A stretch of 64,000 nucleotides of DNA from assembly GCA_050084515.1 (NCBI GenBank), contig CM114271.1, forward strand, positions 11,470,001 to 11,534,000. Direction: 5' to 3'. Below are positions 37,308 to 48,937 of the stretch, one piece after another. The notes under the pieces are model-generated. The model did not search any database and was not told where the DNA came from. It saw nothing but the letters and a program-made list of their open reading frames with translations. Origin of the DNA: Blasia pusilla (lineage: Eukaryota). Every line of letters begins with the position of its first letter. The stretch's first letter is position 1. The translations under genes and the position numbers were made by a program.

Positions 37308-38583
37308 TGTAATGTACAAGAGTTTCTATTTTACAGTCGTTTAATAAGTTCGATCCCCAAGAGGATCATTGTTTGATGAAAAGAGAGTTCGAAATTACAA
37401 TTTTGTTGTAATAGTTGTATTTAAATATGTATGATTTATATTCATTGTCTTATCAATATCTTAGGATCTTTTTTTAGTACTAAAGTTTCTTTTCTCAATT
37501 CTCTCTAGTGGAGTTGACAGCATGCTTAGGTAGATTTCCTCTCGATATCAAGAAACCTCACAGAGACCTCAACATGAAAGCTGGCTTCTCGTACTTCGGA
37601 ACTCAATCTGTCTCGGCAGGCTACTCTCTGTCAAACAAATTTCCTACAACTTTATGTTGATTATTCCACTAATGAGAAAGGTTCGCCTGATTCACTCCTC
37701 ACTCTGCAGACCCAAAAAGAATACTCAGACATAAGCATCGCACATCAAAATGAATGAATGATCTGCTCCATCAAGAATGAGAAAGCTTCAAAGTGTATAC
37801 AAGCTTGAGAGGGTACTACTCCCTTGCTCGGACCATTCCGACAGCATGAGGACTTGGTAAGAGAATGATAATGATAGCTATTTCTATGCTTCTTAAATAC
37901 TCTCTGAAGGAGGAGTGATCCAAAGATTCGAAGCGGTTTTGATGAAGCTGGTGGCTCTTCAACTTTTGTAACTACCTCGATCTATGGTGCTCTTTGCTTT
38001 TCCTATGATCCCTATGAATCCGTAGAACAAAACTATGATAACTACCAATTTGATACAAAGGGTTGCGTCTTTTCCTATTCTAATTGTTCTAACTATGTGT
38101 CGCTTGAAATCACTGTCAATCTTAGCTTCGTTTTGTTGCTAAGTCTAGACCTCTTTTGCTTCGCTTGAGGACGAAGCTCTTTCTCTCGACAGTTGACGAA
38201 GCGCTCCATTCTTTGTTCTTGTTCTATGTGCTTTGTTCTTCGTGCTTCGTACAAGAGCAAAGTACTTCTTTCTCTTCTTCTTCCTGCTTCGTTATGATTC
38301 GTTATAGAGCGAAGCACTTCATAGACAGAGCTTCGCTGAGCTTCGTTGTCGTTCCGAAGCTTCTTGTTGGGTCTTGAGACTTCATTATTTTATTCTCCTC
38401 TCCTCTTAGGCAAATCCTTGATTTTCTATCTCTCTGCCTTGTCCTTGGAGCTTCGTGATTCACTTTAATCTTACTTATTCCTCCCCATAATAATAAATAA
38501 TAATCAAAATCATAATGTATATATAAGTCTTCGTTGAATAAAAAGATATATTTCTTCAAAAGTACAAAATTGTGGGTATCACT
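37308..38583 (-). mobile_element. LTR of the TGTGATACC..CATTACA family with Athila-type PBS
   Basis: Homologous to the solo LTRs. Followed on minus by TTTTTGGCACCGTTTCCGGGG, resembling the TGGCGCCGTTGCCGGGG PBS of Athila-like elements. Confidence 0.75.
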
Positions 38584-39187
38584 GTTTATGTGTGTGTTCG
38601 ATGACAACGATGTATGTTGTGTAGCGATGTGTATGCGCACGACATAGGAGATATCAAAATTGGGATGAAAAAAATGGGAGAAGAATAATAGTAAGAAACC
38701 AATCTTGTGTCCAGATGACTCGGGTATAGCATCTTTCACTAATTCAACATATGCAATAGAGGGTGGACTAGTGAGTATCCTCATTCACGTGGCTAATTTT
38801 ATAAAGTCTAGAATAACTATTGGCACTAACCTAGTACTAGAAGATAAAGTAACTAGTAACTACAACATAATTACTAGAAACCTTTATTATAATTTAGTGT
38901 AAATTAAATGTTATTGAGATCATCACTTGATTTTATAAAGTTTCTTTACATTTCAACATATGGTATGAGATTATTGAATATGGTTTTGTAGAAGCTCACA
39001 ATTGGAATCGGATTCCATGTTCTTCTCATTTTAAATTTTCTTGATTAGTATCATGCTCCAACTTGCACTATGTAGTTTAATTCATCCATTTGGACTTTAG
39101 ATGAAAACCGGGTTTCCCTAAGTAAGACTACACTCTATATCATAGTAAGTCCCAAAACCTATTGGTTTACAACATTGAATAGATCAT

Positions 39188-39252
39188 TTACCCTAAGCCC
39201 TAAATCCTTAATCCTTCAAACCGTAAGCCGTAAGGGATTAATAAGCCTAAAC
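39188..39252 (-). repeat. Short telomere-like repeat tract
   Basis: ccctaagccctaaatccttaa..ccgtaagccgtaa..agcctaaa on plus (G-rich strand on minus). Confidence 0.6.
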
Positions 39253-42156
39253 TAGATGTCGCTCATGCTCCTTAACCGTGGCGCTAAAGACTACGATGTC
39301 ATCAATATAACACCTAGCAAAATCCATACCAACCAAGATCCTATCCATGACCCTCTGAAACTCCGCCGGTGCGTTCTTTAACCAAAATGGTAAGAACCGC
39401 CACTGGTACAAACAATCCTTCCCGTGAGGATCGATGCCCTAAAATATCGTCTTCTGCCTGTCCTCCAATCTGATAGGCAACTGATGGTATCCGACTTGCA
39501 AATCCAATGAATTGAAGAACTTTGCGTGACCAATTGCATCAAATATCTCCTCAAGGGTGGGCATGGCATACCTACCGGGCTTTGTCTGCCGATTGATAGG
39601 TCGGTAATCCCCACATATCCGCCTATCCGTCTAGTTGCCATGCACATCCTTTGTCGCGACCCTCATGACCAAACGAGTGCCAAAGCAGAACATCGGAACA
39701 TTAGCGGGCTCACGCTAAGATGGTTTGCGCGTTGGAGTGGTCTCGAAGAAGAGACAAGAGATGAGACACAAGCGAGGCTTCACATTTCAGATGTTATGGT
39801 CATGACCGAGAAACCTTGACCAAACGCAGAATGAGACTTGAAAGAAGTCGAGTCTAGAAAGTGGGTTGCCAAAAGGAAGAATCCGGATTTGGAACGCCAC
39901 TAGCGTTTTAGAGTTTCCGACTGTATTTATAACCATAACTTTTAGCACCAAGATGAGTTTTGATCAAAAAAGGGTGCATTGGAAGGCTTATGGAAATCTG
40001 GTTCAAACGCACTAAAGATCTCTACAAACGCATAAGCAGCGGCTGAGAAAAAACCCGGAAACGATTGTAAGTGGAGCCGGATTGAGGGCCACAATGAAGG
40101 GCCCGACCCTCCTTTTCCAAAGGGGGCATATTGGAGAACCCCAGAAGTACTAGTAAGGGGGAAGGTCTCTGAGAGTGCTTGGAACCCGAACCCCACTTTG
40201 GGCGCCTAGGGCGGCTCAAGGGCATGGAACGGAACGCGAGTTTGGGAGTTGGGTTGGAAAACCTGCACCAAGTCTATTGAGGCGATTTTAGACATCCCTC
40301 TTGGATTTCACCCCGCGACTTTACTTGGGTCTCGTTTTGGAACTCACACGAGGTCCGTTGAACAGTTGGGATCGCTAGGCGCGCAAGTGCCGTTTCAATT
40401 CCCTGGACTAACCAGGAAGTCTGTTCCAAGTCTTGAAGGACTTGCCATGTTTTGGAAACTATGAACTAAGGAAGGTTGAGCTTGATGAGACGCCGAGTTG
40501 AGAACTCGGTGGGTTGGAACGCTCGTTGGCCCAGACCCGACTAACGAGAGTGCGTGTTTGGGTGTAGATCGGCGATGAGATCGTGTCCTACTGAACATAC
40601 GCTTCCGCAACAATAAAGATTGACGTTCAAGGAGAGTAGGGGCGCGACATCCTTCTTGGCGGGTATGACACTGGCAGATGCATACTTCCCATGCGACATC
40701 TCAACTACTCCTGCTCTGACCAAGTCCTGGCTCCTACTCTAAATCAGAGCCCTCTCCATATCACTGTATATGTAGGATCATCGGAAGATTGGCGTATCAC
40801 TTGACAACTCAATGCAGATCCTCGGTCCCTTCAGTGTACCCAAATCCTCCATGCTAAATGGAAAGAAGCTCCTATAACTCCTGAGGAACTGATGTATCCG
40901 GCGCCGCTCTCCTCCTGTCAACTTAGGGCCCATATCTGGCTCCCAAGTCTCCATCGTGACTACGGTAGGACTCTCTGGCGCGGGTATCGATGATTGCTAT
41001 GGTGCAACCCCGTCTCGGACAACAACACTCGCCTGCTCTCTTATAGCCAACTACAAACTCTGATCTCCTCCACTTGCAGTGCCCAGAACCACGCTCAATG
41101 CTGTGGCTATCATCTCCTGGCGTACCTGCAAAACATCCCAAGAAGTCCAAGGGTGTCTCTCTCGATCTCCCCTGGTGTGTAGATCTCCTCAAGTCTCTCC
41201 CCCCAACCACTACCTCCACCATCTCGATAGGCATGGAGCTCACCAACGCAACCGTTGTAATCTATCGCGATCTCATACGACACTGCTCAACCACTCCCAA
41301 GCTGAGGATCCATGTCAAGCAGTTCAGGTCCATCGCCTGACCCAAGACATGGCGTCGTGATGCCTCTGACACTGACGGTACCGCCGCCACTCCTGTGGGA
41401 AATCCCATCGCTCGCTCTCTCTCGTCGGCCTTGAGATCCACCAACCGCTGAACCTCGTTATCCCAAACCAAGCCAAGACCGGCCTCCTTGTATGCATAGG
41501 AAGCGGGAAAACTCATAAACATGGGCAAGGCTGCCTGCGGCCTGCCTACCCTATTGACCATAGTCAACGGTGGTCGATCATCGTGCCTCACTGCCTATGA
41601 TCGACGACTTGGATCCATAATGGAATCCACGAACAAATGGGAGGGGCGCTCCACTCTCGCATATGCCCTCCGTAACACCGCATGGGGCACCAAGTTGGTC
41701 CACCAGAGACATAGGAAATGGGATCTAAACCTACACTTGCTGCATCCAAGAACATTGCTGGGCCGATTTAGGCACACACTTGATGAGCACTCGTCACCAT
41801 CCGTGACCTGGAGTCTCCTAAGATCGGCCCATTCTCCAGAATATAGGCTGGAGAATGAGAGTGGTGCTCCTGCAACTGCCGTAAGACCCTCAACATCTCC
41901 CAAAACAACCAAGACCGAGTGTCAGCCAACCCGCTGCCTCGTCCAACACTAGATTGGCCCTGACATGGCCAACCGACAATGACCAAATCAATGGTCCCTA
42001 CCTACTCTAAGTCCTACGCCCCCAGCAATGGAATATCCCTCGGTAGGGAACTCTGGTACCCCTGTTCTGCGGACGCAGACAATAAGTCGGGAAAACATAG
42101 GCGTAACTACGCCACATGTTGTAGTGAGACGCGCCTTGCAACATCACTCTCCACAT
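39253..42156 (-). pseudogene. Gypsy remnant: DNMT3-like C5 methyltransferase followed by the RT N-terminal half
   Basis: IDLVIVGWPCQG, YILENG, LWWTNL, motif IX ERERAMGFP and motif X RRHVLGQAMD (41262-42150). RT YASASVIPAKKD, ICGDYR, LKNAPAEFQR and CYIDDIVVFS..EHERHL. Confidence 0.85.
39652..40649 (+). mobile_element. Solo LTR of the chromovirus family
   Basis: TGTCGCGAC..GCGCGACA with TSD TCCTT (39647-51 and 40650-54). Homologous to 43163-43873. Confidence 0.92.
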
Positions 42157-43873
42157 ACACGTTGAGGCTGGCGGACGAGTTCAAGATTCACCCGACCTTT
42201 CATGTGTCATTGTTGAAGAAATATCTTCAAGATAATGGACGTTTCGCGCGGAGAAAGGTGGTGAGACCGCACCCGGTCATCATAAATGAAGAGCCGGAGT
42301 TTGAGGTGGGGACCATCTTACGTTCGAGGCGTCGAGCCAACAAGTATGAATACTTGGTAAAATGGAAGGGCTACCATGTGAAGGAGGCGACTTGGATTGC
42401 GGAGGTGGATTTGGAACACGCGCAAGAGTTGTTGCGAGACTTCAAGCAAACACAAGCGAAGCACATACGTTAGTACGAGGAGAAGCTAGAGACATGACTT
42501 GTAACCAGTGGAATCTTGGGCTGAAGGCCGTTGTAACTAGAATATGCTAGTGTTGCAATAAAGGAGTGTATGAATTTGGAGATTCGATGCCAGAGTGATT
42601 GCAATTTGTATGTGGTAGTGCATGGCTATGAGTCGTTCATCATAGGCTTAGGATGTACGTCAAGAGGACAGACAAGGAGTATTTGAGGTGAGAGCTCGTA
42701 TGTGGATAAGCACCTTGAACAGGACCTTGTGTTGGATTACACTCGGGCTCGCCCTAGCGTCGGCGGGGCAGATGATGTCTGTCTTGGGGCTTGGGGTGAT
42801 CTTACTTGTGGCCACATAAGTAAACTTAGTGACGCGCCTAAGTCGAATACGAGAGCGACCCAATAGTATTATGATTTGTAGACAAGGTAAACAAGTGTGA
42901 TGTTTACAGGAATGAGTCAGAAAAGTCTAAGGTTGCACACTTAGTTAGCTTATTTGATAGGTTAGTTCTTTGGAACTTGTCCAGGCTTATCAAAGAGGAA
43001 AGGCTAATAATTCTAAGTGGTGCAAAGCGACAACTATAGACTAAGAGGAATTGCGGGTTAGCCACCAGAACGCAATTCAATGTCAAGGGGTAGGCTGCCC
43101 AAGAGAGTTGACATAACAAAGGTTTGCATTGATGAGGGCATCAACCTCTAAAGAGGCATGAGTGTCGCGACCCTCATGACCAAACGAGTGCCAAGCGAAA
43201 CATCGGAACATTAGCGGGCTCACGCTAAGATGGTTTGCTCGTTGGAGTAGTCTCGAAGAGAAGACAAGAGACGAGATGCGAGCGAGGTTTGCGTTTCAAA
43301 TGTTGTGGTTGCGACCGAGAAACCTGGACCAAATGCGGAATGAGACTTGAAAGAAGTCGAGTCTAGAAAGTGGGTTGCCAAAAGGAAGAATCCGGATTTG
43401 GAACGCTACTAGCGTTTGAGAGTTTCCGACTGTATTTTTAACCATAACTTTTAGCGCCAAGATGCGTTTGGATTAAATAAGAGTGCGTTGGAAAGCTTGT
43501 AGAAAGCGGGTTCAAACGCATTAAAGATCTCTAAAAACGCTTCAGCAACGGCTGAGAAACAACCCGGAAACGACTGTAAGTGGAGTCGGGTTGAGGGCCA
43601 CAATGAAGGGCCCGACCCTCCTTTCCAAAGGGGGGGGGGGTTATTGGAGAACCCCAGAAGTACTAGTAAGGGGGAAGGTCTTTGAGAGTACTTGGAACCT
43701 GAACCCCACTTTGGGCGCCGCGGGGCGGCTCAAGGGCATGGAACGCTGGTTGGCCCAGACCCGACTAACGAGAGTGCGTGTTTGGGTGCAGATCGGCGAT
43801 GAGATCGTGACCTACTGAACGCACGCTTCCGCAACACTAAATATTGACATTCGAGGAGAGTAGGGGCGCGACA
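42157..43873 (+). mobile_element. Chromovirus (Gypsy) 3' end: integrase tail with chromodomain, PPT and 3' LTR (43163-43873)
   Basis: IHPTFHVSLLKKY; EFEVGTIL..EYLVKWKGY..ATW. The LTR carries a ~285-bp deletion relative to the solo copy. Confidence 0.88.
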
Positions 43874-44067
43874 GAACGTGATGCACCACTAGATCCAAGA
43901 ATGCGCAAGGGTGTAGAAGGTGCTTATAATGCACCTTGCACAATCTAGGGGATTTCTAGGAGACCAATTGGTGGACAAGATGCTCGCAAAAGGAGCACAG
44001 ATAAAGAAGAAGACTTGGGCAAACACGTACATTTCCCAAGATGGTGTAGTGACAATTCTTGGCTAGT

Positions 44068-46263
44068 TGTAGTGCCCACATTTTTGAAATTTTGATAAGG
44101 AAGTCAATTTTTGTACAGAATTGTAATGAAGTCTTCATTGAGTGAAGACTAAAGACTCAAGAGTGGAAGTAAAGACGTATGCTTTACAGAAATTGTGTGG
44201 AAACATGGAATGACTCAGCTCTGTACAAAGGACAAGAGATAGTAAGAAATTGAGGATTGTAGCATAGGAATGAGCCTTGTGTAAGAGTAAGAAAGGAGTT
44301 GGAAAGAAGTAAGAGTAAGAGGCGCAAGTACTTCGCAGGGAAGACTGTAAAAGACTTCTTCTCTGTAGTAGAGGATCCAAGGGAGTCTTCGTGCGAAGAT
44401 TGTGAACAAAGAATGAAGAACCAAGACCAAAGAGCGAAGACTAAGAAATTCAAGAAGCAGGGGGAAGAAGACGAGGAAATCAAAGAGTCTTCAGAAAGCA
44501 AAAAGGTGTATGAAGAATAGGAATAGAAAAAGAAAGAATGTTTTGAGGAAAGTGGATTGAAAGAAAGTTGCAAGGAGGACTCTTCGTGGCGGCAGAAGGA
44601 TAAGAGTCTTCGCGAAGATAGGACTACGAAGACTGCGAAGACTGTAAATAATGAATCGTCGCAGGGGTTTCGGAAGGCAAAAATGAATAGGCACATCGGT
44701 TTAAAAGGAAGCGGAAGGGAATCGACAGAGCAACCAACCAACTTAAAGGAAGTGAAGGGTTGGAGAATCTGAACGAAGGGGTTAACAGGAACCAAGGGGT
44801 TAGCAGCTAGAAAATTGATATACAAAAGGCTCAGCTATCGATACACTCAGAATTTGAGGATTTCTCACAAGATTACAAGATATCTCTAGTTATCCTCACT
44901 TCTCTACTATAAATAATCCTTGGTTAATGTTTTAGATTCTCAGAGAATTGTACCTTTTCACCACTCCCTACTGTGGCTGTTAACCCCAAGGAGCCACAAA
45001 TTTTAAGAAACTATTTGAAGAATAGAGCATAAGAACAAGGGGTCATTCCCTTGTGTCTTGAGTTTCCAGTACTTTTGGTGGATTATGTGAAGAGGACTTT
45101 GGGGAATGATCCAAGCCGAAGAGTCTTGTACCCTTGGAAGCTTGCAAAACGTTCTAATTCTTTCCACTCTTTGATGCAGTAGAAGTGTCTTCTCTCATTC
45201 TTTCTGATGTGCGGAGTTGAATGCAAATCTTATTGGGTTGCGATAGGGATGAGAGTTGAGTCCTTGATTTCAGAATTCCCGAGGATAATCACGAAGAGCG
45301 TAGGAAAGTTGTTAGACAGTGAGGGGGGCTGGTATTCTAGCAGGAGAGAGGAAGAGAGGAGAGTCTCTATTAAAAAAAAGGCACAAAAGGGAAAAAAAAC
45401 TGAAACTCTCTTCAAAAAATATGAAGATTATGGATAATAAGTGAGCAATTTTTTTTGAAGAGAGGAAACTTAGTGCAACCTATCGGAATCCGATGGGTTG
45501 CAATTTTTTGGTTTAGGAAAAAAATTCAGTTTTTTGGGTTTTTTCAACATTTGCAACACGTCGCACTTCGACGGGTTGCTTTCTAGGCATCATGGCAGCC
45601 TGTCGAACTCCGACTAGTTGCAAATGTTAAAAAAACCCAAAAAAATTGAAAATTTTTCCTTAACCATTAAAAAGAAAACCAAAAAAAATTGCAACCCGTG
45701 GGATTTCGACGGGTTGAAAAGGTATATATATATTTTAAATTTAAAAAAAATTTCACCACCAATTTTTTTGGAATTTTTTTTCCTTTTCAACTTGTCAAAA
45801 CTTTCCTCTCTCCAACATGTTGGAAACTCTCTTCAAACCAAAAGAGCCCTAGGGGTTGCCAGTATCTTCCTCTCTCCTCTCTCCACTCTTCCTCTCCTCC
45901 TCTCCTCTTACCGCTCCTTGACAGTGAATAACCTACCGTGACACATTCAGTTCTGAAAGTAGGGTGAGTCGAAACCTTCTTGAGGTCTCTTTGAGGTCTT
46001 CGTTGGAACTTTCTTATCCAAGATTCGCAAGAGTCTTTATGTGCACTTGAGAAGATTCTTTTCCAAGAGGGAAGAAAATCCTTTTGTTCTTTTGTACTAG
46101 AGAAGACTTAGTCATTGAAATTAGTGAAGTGCCTAGTAAAGAAGGAGTTATTCTTGATATTTCTTATAAAACATCTCTTTACTCATGAAACATTGGTCTC
46201 TTAGGAATGAACTTAATACTTTGTGATTAAAAGAGTACCTTTTTCCTTGAGTTGTACATTAGA
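44068..46263 (+). mobile_element. Solo LTR (same broad family) containing a MITE-like insert
   Basis: TSD CTAGT (44063-67 and 46264-68); TATA-like CTATAAATA at ~44907. Confidence 0.8.
45323..45919 (+). mobile_element. Non-autonomous ~600-bp derivative of the Mutator-like family
   Basis: Both family termini, TSD GACAGTGA (45315-22 and 45920-27), four 27-bp palindromes and no coding sequence. Confidence 0.88.
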
Positions 46264-47665
46264 CTAGTCTAAAATCCACGTAGCTAAGAGAAGTGTGCAA
46301 CTTGAGCTAGAGCGTAGGGAGAAGATTATAGTGGCAGAGCAATTGAAATTCACCAGGATGCAATGGTGACAACAAAAAATACACAACCAGCAAGATGCAG
46401 AGTTACATCGATGTGTTGAACCCCGAGCTTGGCCCAAAACTTTACAAGGAGTTAAAGGTGATAATCAAAGGCCAACGAAAGAGGGATGAAGATCCCCATG
46501 GACATATACGAAAGAAGTGTCTCTCGATTGCATGCACAAGTTTTCATTTTCGGGGCTTTCAAAATTCAAGAGAATCAAACTAATAAAAATGAGTCTTGAG
46601 GGGACGGAGGCAAAGAAGAAGGCGGTACACCACCCGCCGGGTGGTGTACCGCCTGAGTTGCATTTAGTATGAATACAGGTAGTACTGGAGCAAGTACTCG
46701 GCCGCCTGCAGTTTGTGGGCTACTATTCCAAATGGTGATGGATTCTCCATGTATGACACAGATATGGCTCAGAAGATGATAGACTGGGAGGTCCTCAATT
46801 GTTCAATCTGGTTGGACTACAATGACCTATGGGAGATTAGCAATCGGACGCTGAGATCCTTCCATGATGTAGTTGTTGTGGGCAAGGAGGAGATCTCCAA
46901 CTTCTTGAAGGTTGAGGAGTACTTTGAGGGTGATGCGGACGAGCAGGCCGTGGAGACCGTTGATCTGGTGTCCAAGGTGGTCACAGCCAAGGACTAGTCG
47001 ACTTTGGGTCTCAAGGGGAAGGCAAAGGGGTCTAGGCAGTTTGAGGTTGGATCCTTGAGACAAGAAGGACACGCAAGAGATGCCCAAAAACATACGTCTG
47101 TTGATTCATAAGTTATCGAGACCTTGACAAGTAGGCAAATAATTCACGAAAAGCGAAAATATGAAACGTCAAGTTCCTCGGAGTTAGGAAGCAAAGGTAT
47201 CAAATACTCTCCGTCATCCTTGGGCAAGCCAAGGGACGCCATGAGGAGGAGAAAAATCCTCCTACATCAGACCTTGCTCTTGGATGAACTTGAAATTCTT
47301 GAGTCAAGAGTCCACGGCTGCCCTGGAGAAGCTGACAGTCTTGGGACGAAAGCTTCTTCAAAACGGCCACTCGCCATGGAGTGTGAATAGGGTAGTTAAG
47401 GATGCTATGGTGGATCTCCTTATTGCACACCTACCATCTGGATTCAAATTGTGGGATGATAACCTACGTGACACTGTCCCAGACTGGAACATGACTTTGA
47501 CTTACGACCATATTGCGTTGCTCTTCTCCTTCACCAACGTGTATATGAGTGACAAGGGATGTTTCCTTGTTTCGACTGGAGGAAGCAAAGAAGTGCGTTA
47601 GGAGATCACTTAAGTGGTAGACGGCGTAGTCTTGGGTAGTCAAGAATGACTACCCCCTGAGATCT

Positions 47666-48937
47666 TGTGATACCTGAAATTTTGCAAATTTTGAGGATAT
47701 ACACATTTTTGTATGAAAAAGAGTATAGAAGTCTTCAAGAATGAAGACTGAAGACTATATGAAGTAAATCTTGTATATAAAGGGAGTCTTCAATAGTATT
47801 TATGTGTAATGGAAGAATGAGGAGTATTGGAATTGATTATGAAGCTCCTAGGATAAGGCAGAGAGATGGAAAATCAAGGATTTGCCTTAGAGGAAAGGGA
47901 AATGAGTTAACAAAGTCTGAAGATCAAGAGCGAAGCTCGGCGAAAACAACAAAGCACAATAAAGAACATGTTAAAAAAGTACTTCGCTCTTCATTGAAGC
48001 TCCAAGATGAAGTATAAATGAAGAATCTAGAACTTTGCACATGAACGAAGACCGAAGCACTTTGTCTGACAACGAAGAGGAAGAGGTCCCCACTTTGCAT
48101 TGAAGAGAAGACTATCTACGATTTCAAGTGACACACCGTTAGAGTAGTTAGGCTTAGAAGAGGCGTGACTTTTCAAAGCAGATAGAAAGGTAGAAAATTT
48201 ACAACCAACGGATTCCTAGGGATCATAGGAAAAGTTAAGAGAACCGTAGATTAAAGTAGTTAAAAGATCCTAAGAGATGTCTACTCTAAAGAAGCGCTTC
48301 ATATCTTTGTTACTGACGTTGTTTAAGAGACAATTGAATGATTATCAAAGAAGTCTTTAGCATCATTTGGTTGCAACGTCCTTATGATGTAGGAATGATC
48401 CAAGCCAGAGAGTAGTACCCTCTTGCGCTTGTAAACACTTTACAGCTTTTCTGTTCTTGATGGAATAGGACAAACCTCATTTCTTCATTCTGATGTTTGG
48501 TGCATATGTTTGAGAAGTCTTATTGGGTCTACAAAGTGAAAAATAATTGGGAGAGCCGCTTGCACTAGAAGAATAATCAATTGCGAGATGTAGGAAATCT
48601 GTTTGACAGAGAATAACCTACTGAGACGGATTCAGTTTTGAGAGTAGGAGAAGCCATCTAGCGATTGAGATCTCTGTGAGGTTCTTGTGTGTAAGGAAGC
48701 ATCTGCCAAAGAGTTTGTTCTACACCACTCAAGAGAACAGAAGAAAGGAAATCTTGGTACTTGTGAGAAAGAGAATGATCTGATGAATGTTTGAATCTGT
48801 TTGTATAAACATAATTATCATCTTTACATAAACAACACACCTTAAAGCTCTCTTTTTGGATAATAGTGACCTTCTTGGGGATCAAATTTCAGAAATACTC
48901 CCAAAACAATTACTTTATATTATCCTTGTACATTACA
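47666..48937 (+). mobile_element. Solo LTR
   Basis: TGTGATACC..CATTACA with TSD GATCT (47661-65 and 48938-42). Removing it restores YPLRSPTNQLR in gene B. Confidence 0.92.

Noticed and set aside
41979-42473. Single 164-aa ORF suggesting a DNMT-chromodomain fusion
   Set aside because: Chimeric: the first part is the antisense strand of the DNMT remnant and the second is a chromovirus integrase tail joined at ~42157.
44135-44825. Hydrophobic or lysine-rich ORFs as genes
   Set aside because: They lie within a GAA-rich solo LTR bounded by a TSD; compositional artefact.
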